From Sedimentisphaerales bacterium (GTDB lineage: Bacteria > Planctomycetota > Phycisphaerae > Sedimentisphaerales > SM23-30), in assembly GCA_963666285.1 (NCBI GenBank), contig OY762711.1: DNA of 64,000 bases; one strand, written 5' to 3'. Positions 1 to 9,787 of the stretch are shown piece by piece. The position numbers and the translations under genes were made by a program. Within the stretch, counting starts at the first letter, position 1. Each line of letters begins with the position of its first letter. The notes under the pieces were generated by a model that was not told the DNA's origin, ran no database searches, and saw nothing but the letters and a program-made list of their open reading frames with translations.

Positions 1-2
1 CA

Positions 3-3000
3 CAAGACCCTGCGGTGAGCCTGCGGCAAAGCTTCAGGCAGTTGATCCTGCCGGATGTTTTTAGTCAGAGTGTCTCGGCGATTAATACCACCTCAGATGG
101 CGAGCAGTGGCTAACCGGTCGCCAGTTACAGGATTTACAGGACCAGATCGCCCGCCAGCCTAACCGTACACTGCTGGAAGCAAACGAAGATATACAGAAA
201 TTGTTATTTAAGGCTCAGGTTGATTTCAACGAGCTAACAGGCGAAGAAGACCCGGTTGTTAAACTTATTGATTTTGCTAACCCTGAAAATAACCAGTTTC
301 ATGCTATAAATCAGTTTCGTATCGATACGCCCGGCGGGGTTAAAAAGTTTATCATTCCTGATATTGTCTTATTTGTTAACGGCATACCGCTGGTAGTAAT
401 AGAGTGTAAAAAAGGCGGGCCGGTATGTTCTGACCCTATGTATGAAGCTTATATACAGTTACAGCGATATATGAGCAAACGCAAAGAGGCTCTGGAACAG
501 GGGTTAAAAGAGGGTGAGCCAAAATTATTTCATACCAATATGCTGCTGGTTCGGACCTGCGGCATAGAAGCTGACTATGGTACGATTACTTCCGGGATAG
601 AGCATTATTTCCCCTGGAAAACACAATGGCCGGAAAGTGACAAAATTGCAGAAGGTATGACGGCCCAGCAGCAGCTAATCAACGGCATGTTGAATAAGGA
701 TAATCTACTTCAGATATTGCGAACATCATCGGTATTTATGGATACAGATAGCGGACCGCGTATTAAGGTTGTATGTAGATATCAGCAGTTTAGGGCAGCC
801 AACAGAATAATTAAGCAGCTTCGGACAGGTCAGAGCTGTATAGAAAGAAGCGGGGTTATCTGGCATACACAAGGTTCAGGTAAAAGCCTGACAATGGTAT
901 TTGTGGCCAGGATGCTGCGAGCTTCCGGTGATTTGAGTGATTATAAGATTGTTCTGGTCAATGACCGGGTTGACCTGGAGGATCAGCTATCGCAGACTGC
1001 GACTATTATCGGTGGCCGGGTAAATATAATAGAAAACACCCAGCAGCTACGTGAACATTTATCGACCGATAGTTCAGACATAAATATGGTGATGGTGCAT
1101 AAGTTCCAGCAGAGAGATCAGAGCCTGCCGTTATCTGTTGCTCAGGCATTAGGGACATATCAGGCAATCCCTACAGCTCAAACATTTGGTGTTGTTAATA
1201 ATTCGTCCAGGATAATCCTGATGATAGATGAGGCTCATCGTACCCAGGGCTCAGACCTGGGCGATAATGTCTTTGAGGCTTTCCCAAATGCCGCACGTAT
1301 AGCCTTTACCGGTACACCGCTTATAACTGCCCGACATGGCGAGAAAAAGACACATAAGCGTTTTGGTGAATATATTGATACTTACCGTTTAATGGACGCT
1401 GTTAATGATGGTGCCACGTTACAGATTCTTTATGAAGGCCGTACCGCAGATTCAGCCTTGAACGATAAGAGCGGTTTTGAGGCAAAATTTGATAACCTGT
1501 TCAAAGACCGCAGCGAAGAAGAATTATTGGCTATTAAAAAGAAATATGGCGCTACCGGTGATATCCTGGAGGCTCAGCAGCGTATTGATGAAATAGCCAA
1601 AGATATGGTTAATCATTATATCAAGCATATTCTGCCGAATGGTTTCAAAGCTCAAGTTGTATGTCATTCAAAGCTGGCAGCCGTTCGATATCAGCGAGCT
1701 ATAGAAAAAGCCCTGAAAGATAAAATCGAACAGTATAAAGCAGCTACAAAGCCAAACCCGGAACTGATCAAAAAGATCGAGTTTCTAAAGGCTGCTGTTG
1801 TTATCTCTGGCGATGGAACTAATGAAGCAGCTTATGTGACCAAAGCACGCAGGCAGGCTAGGGCGATGAATGCGGTTGATAATTTCTGCAAAAACTTTGA
1901 TATGGATGACCCTGATAAACCATATACTGGTATTGCATTTCTTATTGTATGTGATATGCTGCTTACCGGTTTTGATGCACCTGTTGAGCAGGTAATGTAT
2001 ATTGATAAAAAGATTACCGAGCATACACTACTTCAGGCTATAGCACGAACCAATCGAGTTAAAAAAGGCAAAAAACGCGGGTATGTTGTTGATTATATTG
2101 GGCTGACTGAGCACCTGACCGAAGCATTAACATTATATGCTGCGACCGATGAACTGGATGAATTGGCCGATGGCTTGAAGGGGCTTGAAACAGAAATGCC
2201 TGTTCTGGAAGAGCGATATCAGCGGTTATTGCAGCTGTTTTCAGAGCATAAGGTTAAAAACGTTGAGGAATTTGTTCAGGGTAAATTACCAGATATACAT
2301 GCTGAAGCTGAGGTTGTTCACGAAGCGGTTAAATTGCTGAAAGATGAGAGAATTCGAGCAGATTTTGGTGTATATTTGAAGACTTTTCTAACCAGCCTGG
2401 ATATAATACTACCGCACCCTGTTGCTTTTCCTTATAGAGTGCCAGCACGCAGATTCGGTTATATTCTGCGAGTGGCCAAAGAGCGTTATAAAGACAGCAC
2501 TCTGAACCTGGGCGATGCCGGTCAGAAGGTGAAAGACCTAATTAACGAGCATCTGATCAGCCTTGGCATAGACCCGAAAGTGCCGCCGGTTGAGTTGCTG
2601 GCCGATGATTTTATCGAAAAGCTTAACGGGCATTCAGGCGGTAATGCTGAGGCCAGGGCCAGTGAAATGGAACATGCGATACGTAAACATTGTACTGTTC
2701 ATCATGACGAGGACCCGGCATTTTACCAAAGGCTCTCTGAGAAGGTTGACGGCCTTATTGAGCAGCATAAAGATGAATGGATAAGGCTTGCTGACGAGCT
2801 TGAGAAGCTGCGTACAGAGGTCATTAAGGGCCGTGTAGTCGGTAATGATGGCATGAGTAAAGAAGCCAGTACTTTTTACGACCATATTGCTAACGAAGCA
2901 TTTGAAGACGGTAAAGTGCCTGCTGCTGATAAACAAAAGATGAAAATTCTAATGGGAGCGATTGTTGAGACCCTACAGGACAGTATTGGCAGTATTGACT

Positions 3001-3179
3001 ACTGGAACAATGCCGATAAGCAAAAACGTACCCGCAGCACAATTAAAAAAGCCCTGACACTGACGGGTATCGAGCAGCTAAAAGAAAATCGTGAGCGTGT
3101 TGCGGTTGAGATTATGAAGTTAGCTAAAAACAGACATGATGATTTGATCAAAGGATTACAAGATCAAGATAATGAATAA
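3..3179 (+). CDS. hsdR: Type I restriction-modification system restriction subunit R (5' end lies upstream of the window)
   Basis: PD-(D/E)XK motif PDIVLFVNGIPLVVIECK, Walker A HTQGSGKS, DEAH box, FTGTP, MLLTGFD, QAIARTNR. The frame is open to the window edge. Confidence 0.95.
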   Translation, partial: QDPAVSLRQSFRQLILPDVFSQSVSAINTTSDGEQWLTGRQLQDLQDQIARQPNRTLLEANEDIQKLLFKAQVDFNELTGEEDPVVKLIDFANPENNQFHAINQFRIDTPGGVKKFIIPDIVLFVNGIPLVVIECKKGGPVCSDPMYEAYIQLQRYMSKRKEALEQGLKEGEPKLFHTNMLLVRTCGIEADYGTITSGIEHYFPWKTQWPESDKIAEGMTAQQQLINGMLNKDNLLQILRTSSVFMDTDSGPRIKVVCRYQQFRAANRIIKQLRTGQSCIERSGVIWHTQGSGKSLTMVFVARMLRASGDLSDYKIVLVNDRVDLEDQLSQTATIIGGRVNIIENTQQLREHLSTDSSDINMVMVHKFQQRDQSLPLSVAQALGTYQAIPTAQTFGVVNNSSRIILMIDEAHRTQGSDLGDNVFEAFPNAARIAFTGTPLITARHGEKKTHKRFGEYIDTYRLMDAVNDGATLQILYEGRTADSALNDKSGFEAKFDNLFKDRSEEELLAIKKKYGATGDILEAQQRIDEIAKDMVNHYIKHILPNGFKAQVVCHSKLAAVRYQRAIEKALKDKIEQYKAATKPNPELIKKIEFLKAAVVISGDGTNEAAYVTKARRQARAMNAVDNFCKNFDMDDPDKPYTGIAFLIVCDMLLTGFDAPVEQVMYIDKKITEHTLLQAIARTNRVKKGKKRGYVVDYIGLTEHLTEALTLYAATDELDELADGLKGLETEMPVLEERYQRLLQLFSEHKVKNVEEFVQGKLPDIHAEAEVVHEAVKLLKDERIRADFGVYLKTFLTSLDIILPHPVAFPYRVPARRFGYILRVAKERYKDSTLNLGDAGQKVKDLINEHLISLGIDPKVPPVELLADDFIEKLNGHSGGNAEARASEMEHAIRKHCTVHHDEDPAFYQRLSEKVDGLIEQHKDEWIRLADELEKLRTEVIKGRVVGNDGMSKEASTFYDHIANEAFEDGKVPAADKQKMKILMGAIVETLQDSIGSIDYWNNADKQKRTRSTIKKALTLTGIEQLKENRERVAVEIMKLAKNRHDDLIKGLQDQDNE

Positions 3180-3879
3180 ACGAAGAATAAGAGATATAGA
3201 TTATCAGCTATTGCCAGGTAGTGAGCGTAAAACAACCGATATTGTTATTGAGCGTAATGGTGAAGTTGTGGTACGTCCACCGCAAGGGTTTTCTGCCAGG
3301 GAAATAGATGCAGTTGTTGAAAGTAAGCGTATCTGGATATATCGTAATCTGGCTCAATGGCGAGATTTGAACGCAACTTCAGTCGTTCGTGAATGGGTTA
3401 ACGGTGAGTCCTTTTTATATTTGGGCCGGGCATATCGCTTGTCACTGGTAGCTGGCCAGGAATGCGATCTAAAGCTTAAAGAGGGTAGGTTTTGCCTTAA
3501 ACGCAGTTTGATAGATGATGGCGGACCAAAAGCAGCAAAAAAGGCTTTTGTTGATTTTTATTGCGAGAAGGGGCTATTGCGTATCAAAGACCGTGTTAAC
3601 TACTTTGCACCAAAAGTTGGAGTAAAGCCAAACCAGGTTAGCGTTAAAGAAATCGGCTACCGCTGGGCTAGTTGCAGTAAAATAAACAATCTATCCTTTA
3701 ACTGGAAGTGTATGATGGCACCGCTGACAGTTATCGATTATGTTGTTGTTCACGAACTATGCCATATTCATCACCGTGACCATTCTGACACATTTTGGAA
3801 TGAGGTAGATAAGATTATCCCTGATTATCGACTTCGAAAGACCTGGCTCAAAGAGCACGGTGCAGGACTTGATTTGTAG
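3172..3879 (+). CDS. M48/YgjP-like (DUF45) zinc metallopeptidase associated with type I R-M
   Basis: RWASCS and YVVVHELCH (HExxH) motifs; overlaps the hsdR stop by 8 nt, a typical arrangement. Confidence 0.9.
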   Translation: MNKRRIRDIDYQLLPGSERKTTDIVIERNGEVVVRPPQGFSAREIDAVVESKRIWIYRNLAQWRDLNATSVVREWVNGESFLYLGRAYRLSLVAGQECDLKLKEGRFCLKRSLIDDGGPKAAKKAFVDFYCEKGLLRIKDRVNYFAPKVGVKPNQVSVKEIGYRWASCSKINNLSFNWKCMMAPLTVIDYVVVHELCHIHHRDHSDTFWNEVDKIIPDYRLRKTWLKEHGAGLDL

Positions 3880-3926
3880 CTGGGTATAAAATCAGGCATA
3901 GGTTATGAAAATAATAGGAGTAACTG

Positions 3927-4717
3927 ATGAAAAGAATCAAAAATCAGAATAATAAAAGATTTGTTGCTCATTTTGATATTCTTGGTTTCAAATATCTGAC
4001 AAAAAATAAATTCGATGAAGCCTGGGGAGCATTATCTGACTATAGAGCTGTAATGGATAAATTAACTAATGATACTATTGTACTAGATACAGAGACTAAA
4101 GAGAGTCTTCATAAACGTATCAAATTGTTTTTATTTTCAGATTCGATACTAATATTTTCTTTAGGTTGTGAAGCTAGTGACTTAAAGGCCATGCTGGTTG
4201 TAGCAACCGAATTGTTTAAACAATCAATGGAGACCTGCGTTCCTTTAAGGGGTGGAATTGCTTTAGGGGATTTTGCTTTTAACTATAAAACAGCTCATAT
4301 TCTTGATAACAAAGACCCGGATTATGGGAAAATGATATATGAGCTCGGTATGTGCTGTGGCCCAGCTTTTGTAAAAGCTTATGAGATCGGAGAATATGCT
4401 CAGTGGATGGGGATAGTCGTTTGCAATGCGGTAAAAGAGTTAATAAAAACAATGAATCTTTGACTGCCGGAATTAATAGCGTGGATTGTTTGATTGATTG
4501 GGATGTTTACGAGCATGACGAAAAGATTACAACTAGAAGCGTTGTTAACTGGCCAGCGATATATTTTAGTGATACAAAAGTTAAATTGCCTATATCTGTT
4601 GAAAGTTTTTACCAGCCTTTTGAAAAAATGTTCGGGGCTTTCGAAACCTTGCGAGAAAAAGACAAGCAAAAATATATAAACACTGTTGATTTTTTTAATA
4701 AATTAGCTGGCAAATGA
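3927..4717 (+). pseudogene. Nucleotidyl-cyclase-like (class III fold-like) protein split by an apparent 1-nt frameshift near 4445
   Basis: ORF 3927-4463 has FVAHFDILGFK, FSDSI, LRGGIALGDF and GPAFVKAYE. The overlapping ORF 4403-4717 continues in the -1 frame. One extra A in the A5 run at 4445-4449 would join them. AGGAG SD upstream. Confidence 0.55.
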
Positions 4718-4737
4718 TTTTGTGACTGGAGGTTTTA

Positions 4738-5721
4738 ATGCAAAAACTTGGACGATTAACTAAAATTGACGATTTACGGGACATTTGGCAGAATGAAGCA
4801 GGCGATTTTACGCCCTGGCTTGCTGCTGAAGAGAATATTACCTTATTGGGAGATACCATAGGACTGGAGCTTGAAGTTGAGGGCCAGGAGCAGAATGTAG
4901 GGCCTTTCAGGGCAGATATATTATGTAAAGATACGGCAAATAATAACTGGGTACTAATCGAAAACCAATTGGAGCGGACAGATCATAACCATCTGGGGCA
5001 ACTTCTTACTTATGCCGCAGGATTGGAAGCAGTAACTATCGTCTGGGTGGCGCAGCGTTTTACAGATGAACATCGTGCGGCACTAGACTGGCTTAACGAA
5101 AAGACCGATGACGATGTTAATTTCTTCGGGCTGGAAATCGAACTCTGGAAAATCGGCGACTCTGATATAGCACCGAAGTTTAATATAATATCTAAACCGA
5201 ATGATTGGAGCCGAACAATAAAAACAACAGTGGAAAAAGCTGAAATTTCAGAAACAAAGAAAATGCAGCATAATTACTGGTCCACTTTTAGGAATTTTGT
5301 TGAAGAATCCGGAAGTTTTATTAAATGCCAGAAGCCGCTTCCTCAGCATTGGACAAATATCTCAATCGGTCGGTCCAATTTTTATCTTGTTGTTAGAATG
5401 AATACTCGAGACAAACAAATAGGTATATATCTTAATGTTGCTGGTCCAGAAAAGAAGTCCTATTATAAGATATTGGAAAATAAGTACAAAAATCATATAG
5501 AACAGCAAATTGGTATGCCAATCGACTGGCGTGAGTTACCTGATGCAAAAGAAAGCCATCTGGAAATATATTTTGAAGCTGACCCCGGAGATCAAAATGA
5601 TTGGATAAGGCAGCATCAATGGCTGAAAGATAACCTCGAATTATTCCACAGGGTATTGCAGCCGATAATAAAGAATCTTGATCTGGCAGAGCTGGATGAG
5701 ATAGAAAAAGCTTCGGAATAG
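4738..5721 (+). CDS. DUF4268 domain protein with N-terminal NucS-like PD-(D/E)XK nuclease fold
   Basis: WQNEAGDFTPWL, ADILCKD...VLIENQL, DHNHLGQLLTYAAG, PQHW motifs; GGAGG SD. Confidence 0.75.
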   Translation: MQKLGRLTKIDDLRDIWQNEAGDFTPWLAAEENITLLGDTIGLELEVEGQEQNVGPFRADILCKDTANNNWVLIENQLERTDHNHLGQLLTYAAGLEAVTIVWVAQRFTDEHRAALDWLNEKTDDDVNFFGLEIELWKIGDSDIAPKFNIISKPNDWSRTIKTTVEKAEISETKKMQHNYWSTFRNFVEESGSFIKCQKPLPQHWTNISIGRSNFYLVVRMNTRDKQIGIYLNVAGPEKKSYYKILENKYKNHIEQQIGMPIDWRELPDAKESHLEIYFEADPGDQNDWIRQHQWLKDNLELFHRVLQPIIKNLDLAELDEIEKASE

Positions 5722-5959
5722 CTATATTATGTTAAATCATAAGTACTTGATAGCAGGCTATGTTAAAATCTGTTCACTTAGCATTTTCTATTAACATTGA
5801 CCGTATCGAAGCTAGAACAGTTTCCCGCTTCTCAGGGGTGAGTTCAGGCCAGATCGATATAATTTCTGCTAATATAGCGCATTGCACGCCGTATTCTACG
5901 CCGCCCCCTACCACACCCTTTTCATAAATACTGTCATATCCATTACTTATAAAATCTCT

Positions 5960-5979
5960 TTCGAGTCCTTGTGGGCCCA
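5960..5979 (+). mobile_element. att-like duplication of a tRNA 3' end (T-loop plus acceptor 3' strand), probable right boundary of the R-M island
   Basis: TTCGAGTCCTTGTGGGCCCA = T-loop TTCGAGT, stem CCTTG, acceptor TGGGCCC+A; no 5' tRNA half upstream. Confidence 0.65.
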
Positions 5980-5986
5980 TTTTACT

Positions 5987-6050
5987 TAACTCCTGTATAG
6001 ATACGAATTTAGAAGAATCTAACGGTAAAGTATCGAAAATACAGGAGTTA
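5987..6050. repeat. 12-bp perfect inverted repeat downstream of the att-like site
   Basis: TAACTCCTGTAT (5987-5998) and ATACAGGAGTTA (6039-6050). Confidence 0.7.
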
Positions 6051-6255
6051 GCAAAGGTATCTAATATTTGCGAATCGGTATAATTACCATTATTTTCCAA
6101 GTCTTCGTCTATATGTCGGTACTGGATTCAGTACTGTTTGCTCAACTCTCTGTTACCTGTAAAAAATGCTCCATTGCTATAGCTGGAGAATTGCCAATAA
6201 TCTCACATACTATAGCAATTGAAGAAAATATATATCGTTAGTCGATACATATTAT

Positions 6256-7018
6256 ATGAAATCTTACCCAATAGAATTACGCCAACTTGTGCTTGATGCA
6301 GTAGACAGTAATCAAGGCACTCAACAGGAAATAGCAGAACGTTTTAGTGTTTCAGCAATTTGGATCAGAAAGTTGTTATATAAAAGAAAGGGTTCCGATT
6401 CAATAGAATCAGCCAAACAGGCTGGTCGTATGTTGCGTAAGACGACAGCTAAAATAGACATCGGCAAGGCAGAATGCAAATACTCTGTAAGTGACGGTGC
6501 GGTTTGGATAGAGAAACAATATAAAGGCAAGTTGCCTATGCTGGATGATAACATACTGGATGTATTTCATTTTAAGGACCATCTTACTAATGCGTCTCAT
6601 TCGCTATATGGGGAGAATAGTAAAGAGTCAGTTCATTGGCGTGACAAGATGAAAACGGTAGCATTAGAAAATGGTTCTCTGGTTTTACTTGATCGTTTGA
6701 AAGAATGCTACAATAATCTTGATGATACCGACAGTCGCAGTGAGATAGATAGCCTGAGGAATTATATATCCAAACGAGTAGCTATGACAGATTATCCGAA
6801 GTTTATCGATAAAGGGTATGATATTGGCTCTGGACCCACGGAATCGTTTTGCGGATGCCTCACAAAGAGGCTGAAAGGGCCAGGCATGAGATGGGATTCC
6901 GACAATGCAGAAGCTGTAATGGCTTTAGGCAGCATATATTACAGCAACTTATGGGATACATACTGGAAAATGCAAAGAAAATCAACTTAAAACATGCCAG
7001 AAATAAATGTCACACACC
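6256..7018 (+). mobile_element. Chimeric IS remnant: IS630-like HTH N-terminus fused to an ISKra4/ISLre2-like transposase C-terminus
   Basis: N-term MKSYPIELRQLVLDAV...QQEIAERFSVS; C-term SDGAVWI, ILDVFH, IGSGPTES, GMRW. Too short to be complete. Possible terminus ...GTCACACACC at 7018. Confidence 0.75.
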
Positions 7019-7044
7019 AGTAATATTTGAACAATAAATTTTAT

Positions 7045-7073
7045 TTGACTTAAATTTTAATTATATTTATACT
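7045..7073 (+). promoter_or_regulatory. sigma70-type promoter for tRNA-Arg
   Basis: TTGACT-17 nt-TATACT, 35 nt upstream of the tRNA. Confidence 0.6.
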
Positions 7074-7108
7074 GTCAAGTCTATTAATTTTGAGTACAAG
7101 TATTATTT

Positions 7109-7182
7109 GCGTCAGTAGCTCAGCTGGATAGAGCACCGGATTTCTAATCCGGCGGTCACAGGTTCGAATCCTGTCTGACGTG
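7109..7182 (+). tRNA. tRNA-Arg(TCT)
   Basis: Cloverleaf GCGTCAG/CTGACGT, D arm GCTC...GAGC, anticodon stem CCGGA-TTTCTAA-TCCGG, T arm ACAGG-TTCGAAT-CCTGT; CCA not encoded. Confidence 0.97.
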
Positions 7183-7188
7183 GTAGGT

Positions 7189-7227
7189 TAAAGCCTTGTA
7201 ACTTACTTAAGTTACAAGGCTTTACTT
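7189..7227 (+). terminator. Hairpin/terminator after tRNA-Arg
   Basis: 17-bp perfect inverted repeat TAAAGCCTTGTAACTTA-CT-TAAGTTACAAGGCTTTA. Confidence 0.75.
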
Positions 7228-7328
7228 GTGCGTCGGGCACGATTCAATGCACATGGGGTTCAAGTCCCCTGCGGGCCATGATGAGCGGAACCGCAAGTCG
7301 AAGGCAACTGCGTAGCGGTGACGCTGCA
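7228..7328 (+). mobile_element. 5' fragment of a group II intron (class C-like), truncated, no RT ORF
   Basis: Begins GTGCG 3 nt after the terminator hairpin; contains the GGGGTTCAAGTCCCC hairpin and GTCGAAGGCAACTGCGT, which resemble IIC domain I. GC-rich relative to the flanks. Confidence 0.7.
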
Positions 7329-7895
7329 TTTTCCAGATCATTTATACGGGTTTTACCGGGTATTCGAGGGACTTCAAAGCGATTTATGCCGCAAAACCAT
7401 TGATAGAGGTCACTATGCGATAATGCCAAAGAGAATTTACGCAAAGATAAGTTTAGACGCTTGTGAAGAATGGATATCCTCAATGCCATAATAGCTTCAA
7501 TATGGATATTAAGACGATCGTAATGCGTTAACCTGACAGCTTTGCCGGTACCAAAATATTCTATGGTCTTTTCAACATAGGATCTATTGAGAAAATACTG
7601 GATGAATAAAGTCTCAATACCGCTGGCTTCAACTATCCGATCAATGTTGATCAGGAACTGACGCTCCTGACGATATTCAAAATTGCCAAATTCCAGTGGA
7701 ATATCTTTGTCAAATAACTGCTGAACTGGTAAAACCTCTAACATAGGTGTGGCTCCTTTTTTAAGGTAAAATGATTTGCAAGACCATTTTATAACACACC
7801 TATTTTATTGCTTTTCAACAAAAACGCACCATATAATTCTAAAATTATGGCGTAACTATCTCAAAAAAATAAACTTACAACTATGGACAGACTCT
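7329..7895 (-). mobile_element. Truncated IS (IS5/IS4-like) transposase N-terminal remnant, ORF starting at 7744
   Basis: ALRISILHKRLNLSLRKFS..SDLYQWFCGI..RIPGKT resembles a transposase N-terminal domain; no DDE core; AGGAG SD; putative end AGAGTCTGTCCATAG near 7895. Confidence 0.55.
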
Positions 7896-8072
7896 ATATA
7901 ATTCAAAGTTTTGAGATTAGGCCCTTTGAGGCGATTTATGGAATTTAAAAAGTGTGGAAGTCAACCCCCAGATATAAATAATTTTTAGAAGAACCTGCCG
8001 GTAGATGTCTTAAGCTGAACAGCAATAGAAAAAGTAGTCGTATCATAAAAATTTTGGGTGCTGAGTAAAATA

Positions 8073-8101
8073 TTGACATTTTTGTAACTTTGTTAGATAA
8101 T
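8073..8101 (+). promoter_or_regulatory. sigma70-type promoter upstream of hisD
   Basis: TTGACA-17 nt-GATAAT. Confidence 0.55.
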
Positions 8102-8148
8102 GGTACTTTTAAGAGAAATATACAAACATAAGCATGTAAGGTACAAAA

Positions 8149-9459
8149 ATGCCAATACAGATATTAGATACAACCAGTGAAGACTTTTGTGTAAACTGGC
8201 AGGCGTATAAAGTTAAATTCTCACTTGAAGGCGTTTTGCTGGAGCAGCAGGACAGACGCAAAGCAGTTCAGAGTATAATTGAACGAGTGATTACCGGTGG
8301 TGATCGGGCTATTGCTGAGATGACAGCTGAATTTGACGGGGTAGAGCTTGCGCCGGATAAATTCCGGGTAAGTGAAGCAGAACTGGAGAAGGCCCACAAA
8401 GAACTCGATCAGGAATTGCTGAAAGCATTGCGGGGAGCGATAGCTAATGTCAGGGAATATCAAAATGGAATAAAAGTATCAGCTCCGGCAGACTGGACAA
8501 GAGCAACCGGGGAACGGCTGGGAGTACGTTATACCCCACTGACCAGGATAGGAGCTTGTGTGCCGGGGGCATCTGCCCCACTGCCATCAACAGTAATCAT
8601 GTCTGTGGTACCTGCCCAGGCAGCGGGCGTCAAAGAAACAGCGGTAATAAGTGCACCGAGGTTTGAAGGTGATATACACCCGGTAATTAAGGGAGTATGT
8701 TTTGAACTGGGCGTGACGGATGTGTATAGAATTAGCGGCGCACAGGCAGTTGCAGCATTGGCATTGGGAACAGCCACAATCAGAAAAGTTGATAAGATAG
8801 TCGGGCCAAGTAATATATGGGGCCAACTGGCGAAAAAGGAGATGTTCGGGCTGGTAGATATAGACAGTTTTGCAGGGCCAAGCGATGTACTGGTACTGGC
8901 AGATAAAACCGCCAAAGCAGAATATGTTGCCGCAGATATGCTGAGCCAGGCGGAACACGCACCGGGCAGTGCTGTACTGATAACAGATTCCTCGGAACTG
9001 GCAGAAGCGGTATCAGCGGAACTGGCGAAACAGTTGAAACAACTGGGCCGGGCCGAGGCTACGAGAAGCTGTATCGAAGACGACAGTATAATCATAGTGG
9101 CAAAAGATATGGATGAATGTATTTCTCTGGCAAATGATTTTGCCGCGGAACATCTGCAAATCGAATGTGATAATGCAGATGAGATAGCCGGAAGAATCGA
9201 AAATGCCGGTGCGATATTCATCGGGCACTACTGCCCGGTGGCCTGCGGTGATTATTATGCCGGGCCAAGCCATACATTGCCGACCGGCGGCTCATCAAAG
9301 ATATTCGGCCCGCTGAACGTAAACGACTTTATCAAACAGTCGAGTATAATCAGCTATAGCAAGGCTGCATTATCCCAAGCGGCAGGCAATATTCAGAAGA
9401 TAGCGGATGTTGAAGGTCTGGACGCACATGCCAGAAGCGTCACAAGGCGACTAACTTAA
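8149..9459 (+). CDS. hisD: Histidinol dehydrogenase
   Basis: DKIVGP, IDSFAGPSDV, DMLSQAEH, AAEHL, GDYYAGPSHTLPT, EGLDAHA. Confidence 0.96.
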   Translation: MPIQILDTTSEDFCVNWQAYKVKFSLEGVLLEQQDRRKAVQSIIERVITGGDRAIAEMTAEFDGVELAPDKFRVSEAELEKAHKELDQELLKALRGAIANVREYQNGIKVSAPADWTRATGERLGVRYTPLTRIGACVPGASAPLPSTVIMSVVPAQAAGVKETAVISAPRFEGDIHPVIKGVCFELGVTDVYRISGAQAVAALALGTATIRKVDKIVGPSNIWGQLAKKEMFGLVDIDSFAGPSDVLVLADKTAKAEYVAADMLSQAEHAPGSAVLITDSSELAEAVSAELAKQLKQLGRAEATRSCIEDDSIIIVAKDMDECISLANDFAAEHLQIECDNADEIAGRIENAGAIFIGHYCPVACGDYYAGPSHTLPTGGSSKIFGPLNVNDFIKQSSIISYSKAALSQAAGNIQKIADVEGLDAHARSVTRRLT

Positions 9460-9768
9460 CAGATACCTGCTGTGTCGGTCCAGTGTTTCTTTGATTTCCG
9501 GGTTGTCTGCCTGGAAAAGCGTAGATAGTTTTTTGCCGCAAAACGGGCAAAATTCAATCTTCTTCTGCATTTGCATCGGTAAAGAAATGCCAAGAGGTTT
9601 TGGGATAGATTTGATCTTAGCAAGAAATTCCTCGTTAAAATCGAAATCGCAGATTCTCGACTGAATATAATAGCATATTTCATTATTTTCCCTGGAAGCA
9701 ATAATAGAAAAGCCTTTTTTGCCGGCATTATCCAAGGCATGAAAAAACGGATCGCAACAGTACTTCAT
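9451..9768 (-). CDS. Hypothetical protein with CC and CPFC (possible metal-binding) motifs
   Basis: 105-aa ORF, GGGGG SD-like run upstream, MKYCC...FCPFCG. Confidence 0.6.
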   Translation of the reverse strand: MKYCCDPFFHALDNAGKKGFSIIASRENNEICYYIQSRICDFDFNEEFLAKIKSIPKPLGISLPMQMQKKIEFCPFCGKKLSTLFQADNPEIKETLDRHSRYLLS

Positions 9769-9787
9769 ATAACAGCCCCCATAATAA

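Noticed and set aside
5774..6100. 108-aa minus-strand ORF as a real gene
   Set aside because: It runs across the att-like site with a TTG start; at most its 3' part is coding, so it was not called.
7255..7271. GGGGTTCAAGTCCCC as the T arm of a second tRNA
   Set aside because: No acceptor, D or anticodon arms; it fits a hairpin in the group II intron fragment better.
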